A DNA stretch of 64,000 nucleotides from the human T2T-CHM13v2.0 reference genome, Homo sapiens (GCF_009914755.1 NC_060942.1), one strand, 5' to 3'; numbered from the stretch's first letter, positions 41,506-56,284 are shown. The notes: a model not told the origin generated them from the letters alone. Translations and numbers: made by a program.

Positions 41506-44439
41506 AGATTCTAGAGCCATTTCTTTCCAAAGGCTGCTGAGCTGACAAGGGAGTCAGCGACCTGACCTTACTGCCAGGGCCAGCTCTTCAAAGTCACAAA
41601 GAGAGGAAAGCATTTTGGATGATTTATTCTGAAATTCTAAATTGCTACAAATAAGGTAACATCCAAGAAAATGTTCCTACAACACAATGTCCTTGGGCCA
41701 CACTCAGCTCTGGCTTAGAGGACAATGGAAGTGGAGCTTGCACCCAGCTCTCAGGCTTCCTGTTTTGTGATCAAGTGTCTAAGACAACAGAAGAAATCAG
41801 GCCAAGGAACAATTGAAGAACCAGTGATGAAAATAATTAAGGTTCTTGGGGAAGAAGAACTCAGTTATCAAGGGACATGAGTCAGAAGTGAGCTGAAGCC
41901 AAAAAAAAAAAAATGTTTGCTTTGGGCATTACTGAAATACTTGCTTACCTCAGGAAAGTTCTCTTTTCAAAGAACATCTTGAATCTGTAAAAATTTGAGC
42001 AATAAGGAAATACAATAAAGAGTGAGTTTTACAGGGAACTCTACTCAATAGCATCAGTCATTAAAGCTTAAGAAAGAAGTCACTATGGGAGTAGAAAGGT
42101 TAATCAGCGGAGTGTCCACAAAACAGAGGTTTTTGTCCTGGCTTTGCTGTGTATTACTAGCTGAGTGATCTGATAAAAACCACTGAGCAAATCTGGGCCT
42201 CATTTTTACCTAGAAGAAAAGGTGAAAACCCACAACACCTTGCAGAGTTTATCCTCAGTGGAAAAATAGATTTTTAGGATCTTTCTGCAGATCCAGCTAG
42301 CTGAAATGGAGGGTGTTGCAGCTCACTGCAGACTGAATGGGTAAAGTAAGTAGAGCAAAACAAGCAAGTGAGCATGCGCACCTATTTTTCTTTTGATAAC
42401 CTATTCCAATTGACAGCCACTTGAGATGCCCTGTACATTTGAATTGCTCTAATATGAAGTATTTTGTTAATATATTTGCAATAAATTATGTGAAGAGAGA
42501 AAAGGAGGAAGAAAGAGATAGAGGGAAAGAAGGGGAGAGGGAGGAGGAAGAGAATCAAAGAAGCAGCTGTTCTGCTTTATTTCCTGAGCCTAGAATCACC
42601 CCGCCCCCTTGAAAAGGCCTTTGCCAGAATATATTTTAGCCTCATATAATCCACATTTTTCTTATTTGCTTCAAACTGGTAGAGTTAACTGTAATCAAAC
42701 AGGTCATCCCTCGGAATAGCATGATCTGGAAGCATTTTCCCTCCAGGTCATGAAGGTCAGCTGCCTGCAGGTTGTGCAGGCTGCAAGGACTTATCCCAGA
42801 CCAGCCTAAGATGTGAGCAGACCTTTGCAAAGATCAAATATGGCACAAATGACTTGTCCTGTTTGTTTGTTGCTATTGTTATTGTTGCTGCTTAATCTAG
42901 CTCTAATTTAATTGGGTCATCTCTTCAAGCCATAGAGTGATGATCTTGCTAAGATTCTTCTTCTGCCATTTAGGAAAAGGCAAATTTCACCAGGTAGGCT
43001 TTTAAGAGTCTCTTATGTAAACTTAAGTTTAAAATAGAAGTTAAATGAAAGCAAATGGTCTATATATCTAAAATCCTTTCCCCAAACTCAGTTCTGACCG
43101 GAAGACCAAGGGCAATATGCAGATGCCAGTGATCACATCTTGGCTCACGTGGTTCAAGGTCAAGTGGTACGTCCTGCTTCTGGCGGGATTATATGTAGAC
43201 CACAGTGCTGTGTTCTGTGCTGCTGTAAGAGGGCTGCTCACAGCTCAGGCTGGTCTGGGAAAAGTCCCTCCAGCCTGCTCAACCTGCCAGCAGGTGAACT
43301 TTATGATTCTTTAGTTCAAAAGAAGTATTCTTGAAATATGATGGGCAGAGACCTGGGTGTAGTTGTCTTAATAAAGTGCCCCAGAAGCAGGTGCTGCAAG
43401 AAAACCCCTCTGAAAATTTTTTTTTCAAAGAGTCAGGCCTGAGGCCTAAAGGAAGATAAAATTAGTCTCCATGCGCAAAAGCTGGCTAAACAGAGGTTAA
43501 AATGTAAAGCTTAAAGCATATGACTTTTGACATAAAATTTCTGCTAATAATTTATAGAGAGTCATTATGGGCTGAAAGGCTGTGCAAATTAGTTGTTTTC
43601 AAAGGAAATTTTCTTTGAAGTTCGAATGATTGCAAACTGATTAATATGATCCCTTACACATTTTTCTTACTATTAATTCTCCTTAGATCTTCCCCCTGAA
43701 ATTAGGTTTTGAAAGACCATTAACTCTCTCGGATCACAGGCATCCTCCAATCTGAATTGATCATCAGTCAGAACCCAGAAGTTTTAGAACATGGAAGTCG
43801 AGTCAGCATATTGATGAGAAAACAACTTCAAGCCTTGAAAAGGCCTTTCAGAGCTTCAAGCAAGCAAATCGCAATGACCTCAGCAGTACATAGAAAGGAT
43901 CCTGAGTGCTGTTACAAAGTAAACTGGCTCTCATCAGCGGGTCAGACCAAGCTCAGATATGAAAATATGACACTCTTGCACACAGCACCTCCCAGCGTCG
44001 GCAAAAATGGATAGAACTGAGATTTTGAAATAACTTCTCCAGTGTGAACTTCCCAGGTTTCTTTAAGAAATAAAAAATAAAAATGCTTTCAACAAAAGCA
44101 TATTGAGCTCCAGAAGTTTCAGAGTATAATATTAATCAGAAATTAAATGCCAGCATAAGTTTCCCAGGGAAATTTGGAAGCAACCCAAGCAGGTTGACAT
44201 TTAATTTCATACACAAAGGCCTTATTCCAAATGTTGCAAAGCTCATCACAATGTCAGTGCATGGTGACGGGGTGGGGTTGGGGGGTGCCAGAAGATGCAG
44301 AAGAAGAGAGCAAGAAATTCTCAAAACGCTCAGGAAGGAATGCCGACAACAACCACGTGAAGCACTGGCACAAATTTTAGTACAAAGTTTCCATCAGCAC
44401 CGCTTTCCTGAAATGTGTAGTTTTAGAACAAATCTGTAG

Positions 44440-44580
44440 AATATCTAAGCCATATGAGGAAACTGAGGCTCAGAAAGATCAAAAGGCTGCCCCAAACCAT
44501 ATGACCGCGGTGGGAGGGAGGGAGGACTATCCAGCTCAGAGTGCAGGTCCTCCTCCCCGTTCTGGGCCATGGCACTATGT
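44440..44580 (-). mobile_element. MIR SINE
   Basis: ATGAGGAAACTGAGGCTCAGAAAG...TGCCCAA. Confidence 0.7.
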
Positions 44581-44944
44581 GCAAGCTCAGGGCGGGGCAG
44601 CCTCCGATAGCAGATGTTTGGCCGTGGCATAATGGGAAGAACGTTGAATCCAGAATTCTACTGCCAGGATTCAGTCGGCTGAGCTGCCACCTATCAACTT
44701 AGCACTCAAGCAAAGCACTTATCTTCTGAGTTGTAAGCAGGAATGGGCAAATAGTTGATGGGTGGATCAAAACAAAAACACACCCTTGGCACAGGGCAGA
44801 CACTCAGCAAATTTAAGGTTAATAAAATCCTCATGTCCTCGTAGTAAAGCACATTTTGGCATTAGGCACGGAAATGGGCAAGATGTCATTTGAAAAAGAC
44901 CCTTTCTTCAAAATGTCCTCTAAGCGAAGGTCATCAGTGAAGTT

Positions 44945-45060
44945 CAAGGACGAGGAGGTTCAGGGAGTGAGAAAAGAAATAACGTCTCCAAAGTCACACA
45001 GGCAGCTGGGAAAACCCCGGATTCAAATGCAGGCAGGATGGCTCCAGAGCCCACGCTCTC
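44945..45060 (-). mobile_element. MIR fragment
   Basis: CCAAAGTCACACAG...GGATTCAAATGCAGGCAG.ATGGCTCCAGAGCCCACGCTCT. Confidence 0.7.
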
Positions 45061-45535
45061 TACCGTAATATGCAGCAAACAATATCCAAAACATTAAGAT
45101 AATCATGCACACCCTGGTACTCATGTCTAACTTTCCTATAATGATTTTACTTTTAAACTTAACTATAAATGGAGATTTGGGAGGGGGAAGAGAGTTTTGA
45201 TTGGAAGTGAATGGGAGAAATAGTAAAATGTGATGCAGTTTTGAAGTCTCTGACTCACTAGATATTCTTGGACATCTCCTAGGGTTAAGCAGTTCGAATA
45301 TTGTCTGGCACCTTTTGCTGTGAAAAACAATTGAGGGGCTGCCCCTGGGGTTAGGAAGGAAGAGGCAGCTGCAGACAGTGGAGCAGTGAAGGTTAGTTGC
45401 CATCAGCAGGGTCCTTTCACCTGGCATCATGGTTAATTTCACATGGCAATTTGATCGGGCCCCTGGATATGAAATCAACAATCATCAACTGATCGGGCAT
45501 CAAAAAGGCATTTTCCTTAGGTCCAACTTGCCTGA

Positions 45536-45845
<310 letters not shown>

Positions 45846-47262
45846 GGCTCTTTTTTAAATTGATCTCTAGCTGGTAGAGTGGACACCTCCCCTGATAGCT
45901 AAATTCCAGGCTCCCCACACCCTCTCTACAGGGCAGCCCTGTCCTTGTCACCTGAGACTCACCTGGTGTTTGTCATTTCCCACCAATCCCAGGCTCCACC
46001 ATGACCCTCACAGCTGGCGTCCCTCAGAACTGCCAGCCCTGCCCAGCAACTAATCCATAACCCAGAGCTGAGCTTGCAAGTGACAGTTTCAAAGAAAAAA
46101 AAAAAAAACATTTTTCTGTCCACATGTCTAGAAAAAAAAATCAATTCGTTTCATTTTCGGTATAGTTACCTATCTCAAAGCTCTGTTGGAAAATCCAGTC
46201 ATTTTTACAGCAGAACTTTGAAGAAATGCCAGGTGGAAATGTGAGTTGGTAAAAATGTGTCCCTTAACTGTAGCGCATTCCTCTTCCTACAGGTTCCCAA
46301 TTCATTTTGTGTTGTCTCTAAGCCTCTCTTTAGAGCAGTCTCCAGGGACAGGCCCCACACAAACGCACCATTAACTGCTACATACATGCACACGCCACTC
46401 ACTTATCCTTAGTTGGTTGTTCCCTCCAGTTATTTTAGCTTCTCCCTCTGTCTGTGTCAGGGTTTCAGACAGAAAATTTACAGCTAATACAAATCTGTGA
46501 AGAAAGAATTCCCTTTATTGAGAGCAACCTTATTATTTTCTCTTGTTGACAGAGGCATTACTTCAGTTCCCTAAAGATGCTGTCCAGGGAAACATTTGGC
46601 CCTCCAGCCTACTGCATGGGACATACCCAGCAATTCCAACAGCAGACAGAATGGCTCACCCTGTCCTGCCTTGCAGCAAATAAATCCTGAGCCTAAATAT
46701 AAAATTAGTATTGATCTGATACCATTGAACTTACTTCTTCCATTTAGGAGAGAAGAAAACTTGTTCCACAAGGTGGGTGGTGCTCTGTTCCACTCTAGTG
46801 AGAGAGCAAAGCTTAGCAAGTGCAGCGAGATATTTTATCTTCTATTTTCTGAATAAAAATAGCATGGGGGCTCTGTGTTTCTTCCAGATCTATCTCTTCT
46901 AGATACAATGGAGGAATGAACCTTCTTGATTTGCCTCTGAGGGACCACCTGGGGGTGCAGCTCAAGAGGGCATTTGGAAGGGGCTCAGTATCACAGGCTG
47001 ATTTGCAGCCAAGGGAACAAATTACATCAGCAGGCAGGTGACAGGCACCATAGCACCATACAGCTCATTTTCCAAGTGGGGATGCATTTGTTTTTTAACC
47101 TAGGAGTAGGGGTGAGAGGAGTATGATGGATTCCTTTTATCAATCTTTCTTTAGTCTTTCCCTATCTTATAAATTTATTTGGATTTCCCAATGATATACT
47201 TAATATCAGTTGCCAGGCTCACAAAACTACAGAAAAAAAATTAAAACAAAAAATGTAACACC

Positions 47263-47696
47263 TGTTATAAGTTGAATTATGTCCCCTCAAAAGAGATATG
47301 TTGGGTCCTAACCCTCGATACATCAGAATGTGACCTTATTTGGAGATAGGGCTTTAGAGAGTTAATCAAGTTAAAATAATGCCGTTAGGGTGAGCCCTAA
47401 TCCAATATGACGGTGTCCTTATAAGAAGGAGAAATTTGGACAGACACACACACGGGAAAATGCCACGCGAAGATGAAGGCAGAGTTAGAGTAATGCTTCT
47501 ACAAGCCAAAGAAGGCCAAAGGTTGCTGACAACCCCAGAAGCTGGGAGAGGGGCCTGGAACAGATTCCCCTGCACAGCCTCAGAAGGAACCAGCCCTGCC
47601 AACACCTTGACCCTTGACTTCTCACTCCTGAACTGTGAGACTATACACTTCTGTTGCCAGTGTGTGGTACTTACTGAAGCTGTAGCAAGTTATACA
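47263..47696 (+). mobile_element. MLT1B/C solo LTR
   Basis: TGTTAT...CAGAATGTGACCTTATTTGGAGATAGGG...CCTCAGAAGGAACCAGCCCTGCCAACACCTTG...ATACA. Confidence 0.9.
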
Positions 47697-48988
47697 GTGC
47701 CTGCCATAAAATAAAAAGAATTGCCCTAAGAATGTACATTCTCAGTGGGACAGATAGATAGAGTAAGGGGCAATGCATCTTATTCATTCATTTGTTGAGA
47801 GTTTATTTTGAGTTCCAGCAGTGTCTAGGACATCAGAGCCCTGCATGCTCATGGAGCTTTCAATCAGTCATGGAAGACAATTATGGACCGTGCAGTTACA
47901 GGAGGGCCCAATCTGTGAAGGAAAAATGCAGGGCACCTTGGAAATATTTACCAGGGTTTGCATATGTCGAGATGAAAAGCACAACTTGTTCTCAAAGTGG
48001 TCTTTCAGTGGATGGCCAGCCATTGTGAGGTCGTTGGGACATAATGAAATCCAGTTGCTGAAGAGACATCTGTCCTGCAGGCTGTCCAGCACCCAAGCTC
48101 CTCTCCTGGTTGAAAGTATTGCGAAGGTTGGTAGGGAGCTGAAGAAAGAAAGATGTTTTCCCTCCTTGACACCCAGTAGCTGCCAGGCAGCCAGGGAGCT
48201 CCTTGCTCAGGACTGAGTCCCTGAGAGTGGCTCAAAGGCACAGGGTAAACTACAAATGATGGCTCCAGCTGCATTGCAGATAAGAGCTTAGGGGTGGCCA
48301 CCTCAGAATGAGTGCCACGCCCCAGCCAGCCTCTGGCAGGAGCTTGTCTGTGCTGCATCACCTTTTCAGGCCTGGTCCTCAGGTCCTTCTTCAACTGTGG
48401 GAACTACCAGACAGCCTCTTAACAAATCACTTTCCTTATTGCAAATAAATATGGCTGGTATTTAATTATTATGCATGGATTCGGTTGCACCAACTGTTAA
48501 ACATTGAACTAGTTCTACATACATTGGTTAAAATACCCCAAATCACCATAAGGCACACCCCACAAGTACTGCTGCCACTTTTGCTGACAAAGTCCTCATT
48601 ACTGTCCAAAAAACATGGAAAGACCCTCCCCCAGAGATTCTCCAGGTTATGGATTTTTTTCTTACTGGTCAGTGTTTGTGTATTCTCATTGGTAAACATT
48701 TTTACTATTTACCCTGATTTGCAACCAGCAATGTTGATTCATACCATTCCCAAGGTGATGTGTGCGAGAATGTGCATGAGTGTTCTAGCACTTTCTCCAG
48801 CATATTTTGTATAGAAATGAATGTGCATTTATTTTGACCCTTTTGTAAACAAGATAGAGACCCATCCCTAGGGGTCACTACAGAATGTATCATTTCCATC
48901 CTTGCAAGTCAAGAATTCACAGTCGAAGTCACTGTAGCCCTGGCCAAAATAGAACCCCCAAACTAGTGCAATTCTGGTCATCACTAGT

Positions 48989-49333
48989 TGTATTAGTCCA
49001 TTCTCTCGTTGCTATAAAGAAGTACCCTAGACTGAGTAATTTATAAAGAAGAGAGATTTAATTGGCACACAGTTCTGCAGGCTGCAGAGGAAGCACGATG
49101 CTGGCATCTTCTTGGCTTCTGGGGAGGCCTCAGGAAACTTACAATCATGGCAGAAGGCAAAGGGGGAGCCAGAACTTCACATGGCCAGAGCAACACAGAG
49201 AGAGAAGGGAGGAGGTGCTACATATAAGACATCCCTTCCATGATCCAATCACCTCCCACTAGGCCCCACCTCCAACACAATAGAATACAATTAAAAATGA
49301 GATTTGGGTGGGAAGAAGATCCAAACCACATCA
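48989..49333 (-). mobile_element. MSTA/MSTB MaLR solo LTR
   Basis: TGTATTAGTCCATTCTC...GGGGAGGCCTCAGGAAACTTACAATCATGGCAGAAGGC...CCCCACCTCCAACA...CAAACCACATCA. Confidence 0.92.
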
Positions 49334-49566
49334 TCAGGATTCAGTTAACCATCCCCCTCCAAGTTGAGTGGAAGCCATGGTGTGATAGCCTGAGGTTTAA
49401 TGTAAAAAATCCAGAGCTCAGTTTCTAGCTACGCCATTTGCTGTCTATGAGATGTGAGTAAGTCTTGTTTACTTCTAGACCCAGAAAATAGAGATTACAA
49501 TGCTTATCATAACAAAGTGACAACCAGGATTCAGTGAAATAGCAACATGAAAGCATTAAAAAATAA

Positions 49567-49917
<351 letters not shown>

Positions 49918-49969
49918 TGACTGCAGCTCTTTTTAAAGTGGATCTTTTGAAATTGCTCAAATTTGAAAT

Positions 49970-50365
49970 TGTATTGGCAAACTGCTATGCTAACAATCCC
50001 AAAATTTTAGTTGCTTGCAATATCAAGGCTTATTTCTCATTCAGAGGTTGATATCTTGTTCATACTGTACAAGAGCTGTGGCTCCCCTGTGGCATGTGTC
50101 TCCTTACCCCAGAGAGCAACCTGTGTGTTAGTCACACCCATCCTCTGGCAGAGCTAACAGCAATGGCATTGAAGCTTCAGCCCTGACCTAGCTTATGCTA
50201 TATCCACCGCATTCCATTGGCCAAAGAAGTCAAGTGGCCAAACCCAGCAGAGGGACAGAGAACTGCCCCCTCCAGGGCAGTGCTCACAGTCACGCGGCAA
50301 CAAGTAGGACAGGACGCCCTCCAATAGGTAGGGGCCCGAGGAGTTGGAGACCACAGTACAATCTA
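49970..50365 (-). mobile_element. Old MLT1 (J/K-like) LTR
   Basis: AACAATCCCAAAATTTTAGTTGCTT...CATTCCATTGGCCAAAGAAGTCAAGTGGCCAAACCCA. Confidence 0.6.
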
Positions 50366-50844
50366 TTGCGGAAACACTGCTCTCAGTGATTCCTTCCTGC
50401 TTTGTGAATATGCAGCTGAAAGGCCTTCCCAATGTCCTCACACACTTACCACCTCCACCACCCCAACTCTGGTCCATCAAACAGAAATTCCAATGACAAT
50501 TCATCTGAGTTGCTCAGTGCTTGGTCCTTGCCTTCCTTAAAATCATAGGTCTCTCTGATTTTCCAGATTAAATAAGAGAAAACAAGGCTTATATAGATGT
50601 ACATGAACCCTGCTTTATTTACCTCAATGCCTGAACCCAGAGGGATGAGGATGGAGAAGGGAAAGATAAATTGTCTCTTCCATTCAAACATTAGAGTGGT
50701 CTGAAGAATTCTGGAACATTCCCAAGGCATTCCTTAATTTTGACATATGGCTTTGCCCTGATTAAAGCATTTTACTTATACAACATTCGGTGAGTCCTGG
50801 TCAGGCAGGTACTTGGCACTAGGGCTACAAAGAAGAATGACATA

Positions 50845-51113
50845 ACTTTAGGAGGCCGAGGCAGGCAGATCGCTTGAGGTCAGGAGTTCAAGATCAGCCT
50901 GGCCAACATGGTAAAACCCCATCTCTACTGAAAAAACACAAAAATTAGCCGAGTGTGGTGGTGCGTGCCTGTAATCCTAGCTACTCAGGAGAGTGAGGCA
51001 GAAGAATCACTTGAACCTGAGAGGCAGAGGTTGCAGTGAGCTGTGATTGCACCACTGCACTCCAACCTGGGTGACAGAGTGAGACTGTGTCTCAAAAAAA
51101 AAAAGAGAGAGAG
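50845..51113 (+). mobile_element. AluS, 5'-truncated by ~35 nt, inside an L2 relic
   Basis: Starts ACTTTAGGAGGCCGAGG; A tail plus (GA)n; TSD AATGACATA. Confidence 0.95.
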
Positions 51114-51939
51114 AAATGACATAGAACCTTCCCTCTGAAAACTCAGTCTTGAGACAAAGCAAATGGTCAAATGAGCATTTGAGATGCATTAACATGGATG
51201 ACATAATGAAGACACTGACCAGGTGCTACAGGGGGAAAGAGAGGACCACCCACTCATGCCAGGTCCACCCAGGACATTATGCCCACACCAAGAGTTGGAG
51301 GGCAAATAGCATGGTGTTGGGAAAGGAGGTGCCATCTTCTGCCTCCTTCTCCAAACACCCACTGCGGCAGCCACACCAACCATGCAACAAGACTGCTTAC
51401 ACCCTGGGGTCTTTGCTTGTGTTTTTCCTCCATTGTTTATCCTGTCAGAAATGACTTTCTCCACCTGCTATAATTATAATCATTTTTTTGAAGTCCAATG
51501 CAAATACTTGGCCAGTGTGTACAGAGAAAGAACAGAATTTTAAGTTTCCTCAAATGGAGGTTTATTCAAAAAATTAATATTTCCTGATCAGTTGAGATTT
51601 GTGCTGACATTCTCATGGGAATGAGTTAGCAATCAGCTTTAATTATAGCTTGCTTCCTAGAATTGCTCCTGTAAGTGGCCAGTTTGCAGTGATTAGGCTG
51701 GCTATGCCAACACCAGGGAAGGGAGGTCTCAGTGAAAACATGTGGAGGACTGGGCCCTCTCTCCTGTGCTGCTCTAGATACTGTGGACACATTTCATGAG
51801 GCAGGTGGGGTGGTCTTACTAGTAATTAATGAAAACCCAGTGGCTGAGTTGATATTGGCCTTTAAAATGATTTATCTTTGACAGTCTTCACTAGCTTGAA
51901 GTACTTTGGTATATTTTCTCCTGCTTTATAAATGAAGAT

Positions 51940-52340
51940 TATAGGGGGCTGAATAATGTTCCCCCAAAATTCATGTCCACCCAGAACTTCAGAATGTGAT
52001 CTTATTTGGAAATAGCGTCTTTGCAGATGGAATTGGTTAAGATTAAGTTACACTAGATTTGAGTGGGCCCTACGTCCAATGACTGGTGTCATCATAAGGA
52101 AAAGGGGAGGGAGAGTCAGGGGGGCATGCAGGGAAGAAGGCCATGTGAGGACAGAGGCCAGGATGGGAGTGAACAGCTGCGGGCCAGAGAGTGTCCAGAT
52201 CTACTGGGGGTCATCTGACACTGGATGAGACAAGGGCAGAGTCTTCCCTAATCCTTCGAAAGCAGCACAGCCCTTTCAACCCCTTTATATCAGAATTGTG
52301 GCCTCCAGAACTATGGGAGAATAGATTTATGTTGCTTTAA
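51940..52340 (+). mobile_element. MLT1B/C LTR
   Basis: CCCCAAAATTCATGTCCACCCAGAACTTCAGAATGTGATCTTATTTGGAAATAG...GGCCTCCAGAACT. Confidence 0.85.
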
Positions 52341-52358
52341 AAAAAAAATGGTTTCCTA

Positions 52359-52666
52359 GACCAGGCGCAGTGGCTCAGTCCTATAATCCTAGCACTTTGG
52401 GGCTCGAGGTGAGTCGATTGCTTGACCGCAGGAGTTCGAGACCAGCCTGGGTGACATGGCGAAACCCCATCTCTACTAAAACACAAAAAATCAACAGAGC
52501 GTGCTGGTACACGCCATGGTACCAGCTACTCAGGAGGATAAGGTGGGAGGTTCGCTTGAGCCCGGGAGGTCAATCTGCAGTGAGCTGAGATTGCACCACT
52601 ACACTCCAACCTGGGAGGCAGAGTGAGACCCTATCTCAAAACAAAACAAAACAAAACAAAACAAAA
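52359..52666 (+). mobile_element. AluJ
   Basis: GGTGGGAGGTTCGCTTGAGCCCGGGAGGTC...GAGTGAGACCCTATCTC; (CAAAA)n tail. Confidence 0.93.
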
Positions 52667-53169
52667 TGCTGCTTCCTGATGAATTTCTGAAGTTGCCGTC
52701 TGTCATTCCATTATGTACCCTATGCCCAATGCCCCACCTCCTCCACTATGAGGTCCTCTTTCAGGAGGCCAGTGCTCTCACTATTACCAAGAAGCCATAA
52801 ATAAGTCTTCCAAATTCTTCCCAATGGTCTGGGGCAGCATCAGTTAAAACCTAAACAATTGGATGGAGAAGCATGACGTAATAGCCCACCCCTTATTTCC
52901 ATAAAGAGTCCTTTTCAAAGCTCCCAAGTCATCCTAGGAAACACTGAGTGTGTGATGCATGTGCTAGATCCCTGCATTTGTCTTGAATATGAAAAAAGGA
53001 GATGGTTATTTCAGGATGTAGAATATGATTTTCCTCAGAAACACGTGCCAGTCACTCTATAGCCCTATAATTTCAAGCAATCGAAAGTTATAATTAAGTG
53101 TCTGCACTTCCAACTCCAAGGGAGGAAAGTACACAGAGTCCTTGATTGAGCAGTGCAAGCCAGCAAGAC

Positions 53170-53620
53170 GAACCTTCGGCTGCATTAAGCAGCTGAGCAG
53201 CGTGGTTGTGAGAGCCCCGGTCCAGAAATCGAAAGAACAGACAATCCATTCTGTCCCCACCTTCATAGCTCCTTGATCATGAGCAAGGCAATCCATCTCC
53301 TGCAGGCTCCGTTTTCTTATAAAAAAGGATTATTTTGAGGATTAGGTTTGAAAAGAGCAGGTAGATTTTTTGGTAAAAACATAAGCATTCCAGTACATGC
53401 TTTATTTTTACACTGTGTATAAAGCAACAATTTATGCAACATTTTCAGAGGCATTAACCCATCCAGTCTTCTCAGCAACCACAGGAGAACAGCCCAATTA
53501 ATTCCATTTTACACACAAAAAAACTAAAGCTCAGATAAATGATGTCACTTGCCCAAAGTCGAATAGGGGATGAATGGAAGAGAAGAAATCAAATCTAACT
53601 GCTTCTGCTTCACATTTCAT
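53170..53620. mobile_element. Two MIR relics (plus ~53170-53400; minus ~53440-53620)
   Basis: GTGGTTGTGAGAGC...CCAGAA; CCATTTTACAC...AAACTAAAGCTCAGA...ACTTGCCCAAAGTC. Confidence 0.55.
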
Positions 53621-54149
53621 GTTTTCCGAGCCCCATGCTGCTTCTCCTCCAATCAGGTATTTTTGTTGTTATTCTTGTTACTAATCCACTGGAGAGTGGG
53701 GACAGCCAGTGCACTGGGAGCTGCTGGCCACCGCAGGGTCCATCCCCACAGTGAGACCACAGGAGCTCATTTCCTGCAGCCATCGTTCCCACAGTAACCT
53801 ACCCAAAGAAATGAAGTCTTAGTGTACTGCTAATGAATGGAACCTGAGAGTTCACTGGGAAAGCATCATTCTAACAAGAAACCCTGTGAAATAAGCACTC
53901 ACCCTGGGAGCAGGGGTGTGGTGATGTAGCAGTGACGACCTTGGAGGTGGTGATTGTCCAGAGAGTGGGTACGCTCGGTGGTAGTGAAGGAGCTGGTATG
54001 GCTGGACCAGTTCTTTAGACAGAATACCCCAGGATCACAGAGGTATACATCACCCAGCTCGGCTACTTGGCTGGGATCGTTTCCTCCGATCACTCAGCTC
54101 GTTTGCTCTAATTGTTTGCTCATCAAGCAACCTTTAGCTCTGCAATTTG

Positions 54150-54730
54150 GTCTCTTGAGTGAATTCCGGAAGGGGGCCTTGCAAATGTCAGATCATTTTA
54201 TCCCTGATTAAAACCCTTCAGCGTGCCCCCACAACCCTACAGAGGAAGCTCTCTCATCTAGCTTTCAAAGCTGTTATAATAAAATACTTTCTTGATTTCC
54301 AGGCTTGTATCTTGCCACCCCCTGGCCCCTGGAATCTATGCTCTAGACATACACTGAACTTTGCACAGTTCCTCCAAACACAGCATGTTCTCTCACCTCC
54401 AGGACTTTGAGTACACTCTTCTCTTTGCCAGGAATACCTTCCCTACTCTCCTTTCCCCCAGTTGCTCCCAACTGGAACTCATCTCAGCTCTCCAAAACCT
54501 TCTCTGAGTATCCATTCCCCAGGAAGGCTGGACTATGGCCCCTCGTCCACACTCCCACAGCCCCTGGACTTAAAGGTCATTGCACTTACAACATTTCCTG
54601 TTTATTTGTCCCTCTCCTCCACCAGAATGTCAGTGATTTGAAGACAGGAAGGTCTCACACATCATTGTATCCCCAACAGAGTTTGACACCTGATGCACAG
54701 CAGACACTCTGTAAGTATTCCATAGGTAGT
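54150..54730 (+). mobile_element. L2 LINE 3' region
   Basis: CAGATCATTT..TCCCTG.TTAAAACCCTTCAG...TTGTATCCCCA...CCTGATGCACAGCAGACACTC. Confidence 0.7.
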
Positions 54731-55099
54731 TACAGAATAAGTTTCAGGTCCTGAACCAGATACTGTTCCTACTGTAATTTAACAACTGGTAGTGCCTCGG
54801 ATCCCGGTCTTTTGAGACAATCAAGTTTCTGACATTGCCTAACTCGAGAGCCTTGCAGGAGCCTGGCAAAGACACAGACACCAAAATGTGAGGCCTGTTC
54901 CCAAGCACCCATGGCTGAGGTTCTAACTGAAACCATTGCAACAAGAGGAAATCAGAAACACTGAAGCCACAGCTGTCAGATGCCTCTGAAACCACAACAG
55001 TAATATCACATTCAAGGTAAAAATAATTCGGGAAGAAATGGCACTTAGATAGAACCATATAAGTAGAGCGAGTATGAGGGAGGGAGGCTTCGGGTTTAG

Positions 55100-55417
<318 letters not shown>

Positions 55418-55849
55418 GTTTTTATGGATCTTAACAGCCATTAGCCTCTGTGGGAGATGAGAGACTCAGCTCAGGGAGGTCTGGCACTAGTTCGGAATCC
55501 ATCTGTCTCCTGGTTAACCCCAAGACCCTCACAAGCCTTTGTCTCTTCAGAAAAAAACTGAAAGCAGCACAGTACCTTCAACCTAACTTGATTTTCAGAT
55601 TCACAGTACTCCTGGATCAATTTGCAAGATCTTCTACCAAAAAGATTTTTAGCGATGTGCTCTATAAGTTGCCTTTTTAGTTTGAGGTATTGGTGTAACT
55701 TTAAAAATCGACTGCAGCCATGATTTTGCTTAAGAAGACAAAAAAGCCCTCTACAAAACAGTTCAAGAAGTTTCTACTTATTTAAATCAACCTTTAACCC
55801 TGGGAAAGAGCATAAGCAACCTAAAAAGAGGGAAATGATAGTGATTACC

Positions 55850-56090
55850 GCCACGCACTAACATAACTGATTTACCCAGGGCTGATTCTGCACAAGGCAT
55901 TCGGCAAGGCATCGTTTCATTCAGTCTCCTCCACAACACAGCAGTGTGAGTGTCATGATTACTCCATTCTACAGCCGAGGAGGCACAGCTTAGAGGTTCA
56001 CTGTCCTCCCCAAGGTTATAGGGCTGGTAAGTGGGACTGAAACGTGAGATGTGAACTCCAGCCAGTCCCAGGACCACACAGCTGGGAGAG
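55850..56090 (-). mobile_element. MIR SINE
   Basis: CCATTCTACAGCCGAGGAGGCACAGCTTAGAG...CCCAAGGTTATAGGGCTGGTAAGTGG. Confidence 0.7.
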
Positions 56091-56125
56091 GAGTAGCACT
56101 GCCCTCCCCAGCAAGGCTCCTGCCT

Positions 56126-56271
56126 CAGACCAGTGTCTTGGCCTTCACACTACTCATGTACCCAGAGCAAAATGTCCATATCCCTTTCTCATTAAAGACA
56201 GACCAGTGTCTTGGCCTTCACACTACTCACGTACCCAGAGCAAAATGTCCATATCCCTTTCTCATTAAAGA
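56126..56271 (+). repeat. 73-bp tandem duplication (1 mismatch)
   Basis: Copies at 56126-56198 and 56199-56271. Confidence 0.97.
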
Positions 56272-56284
56272 AACTTGCTCTGCC

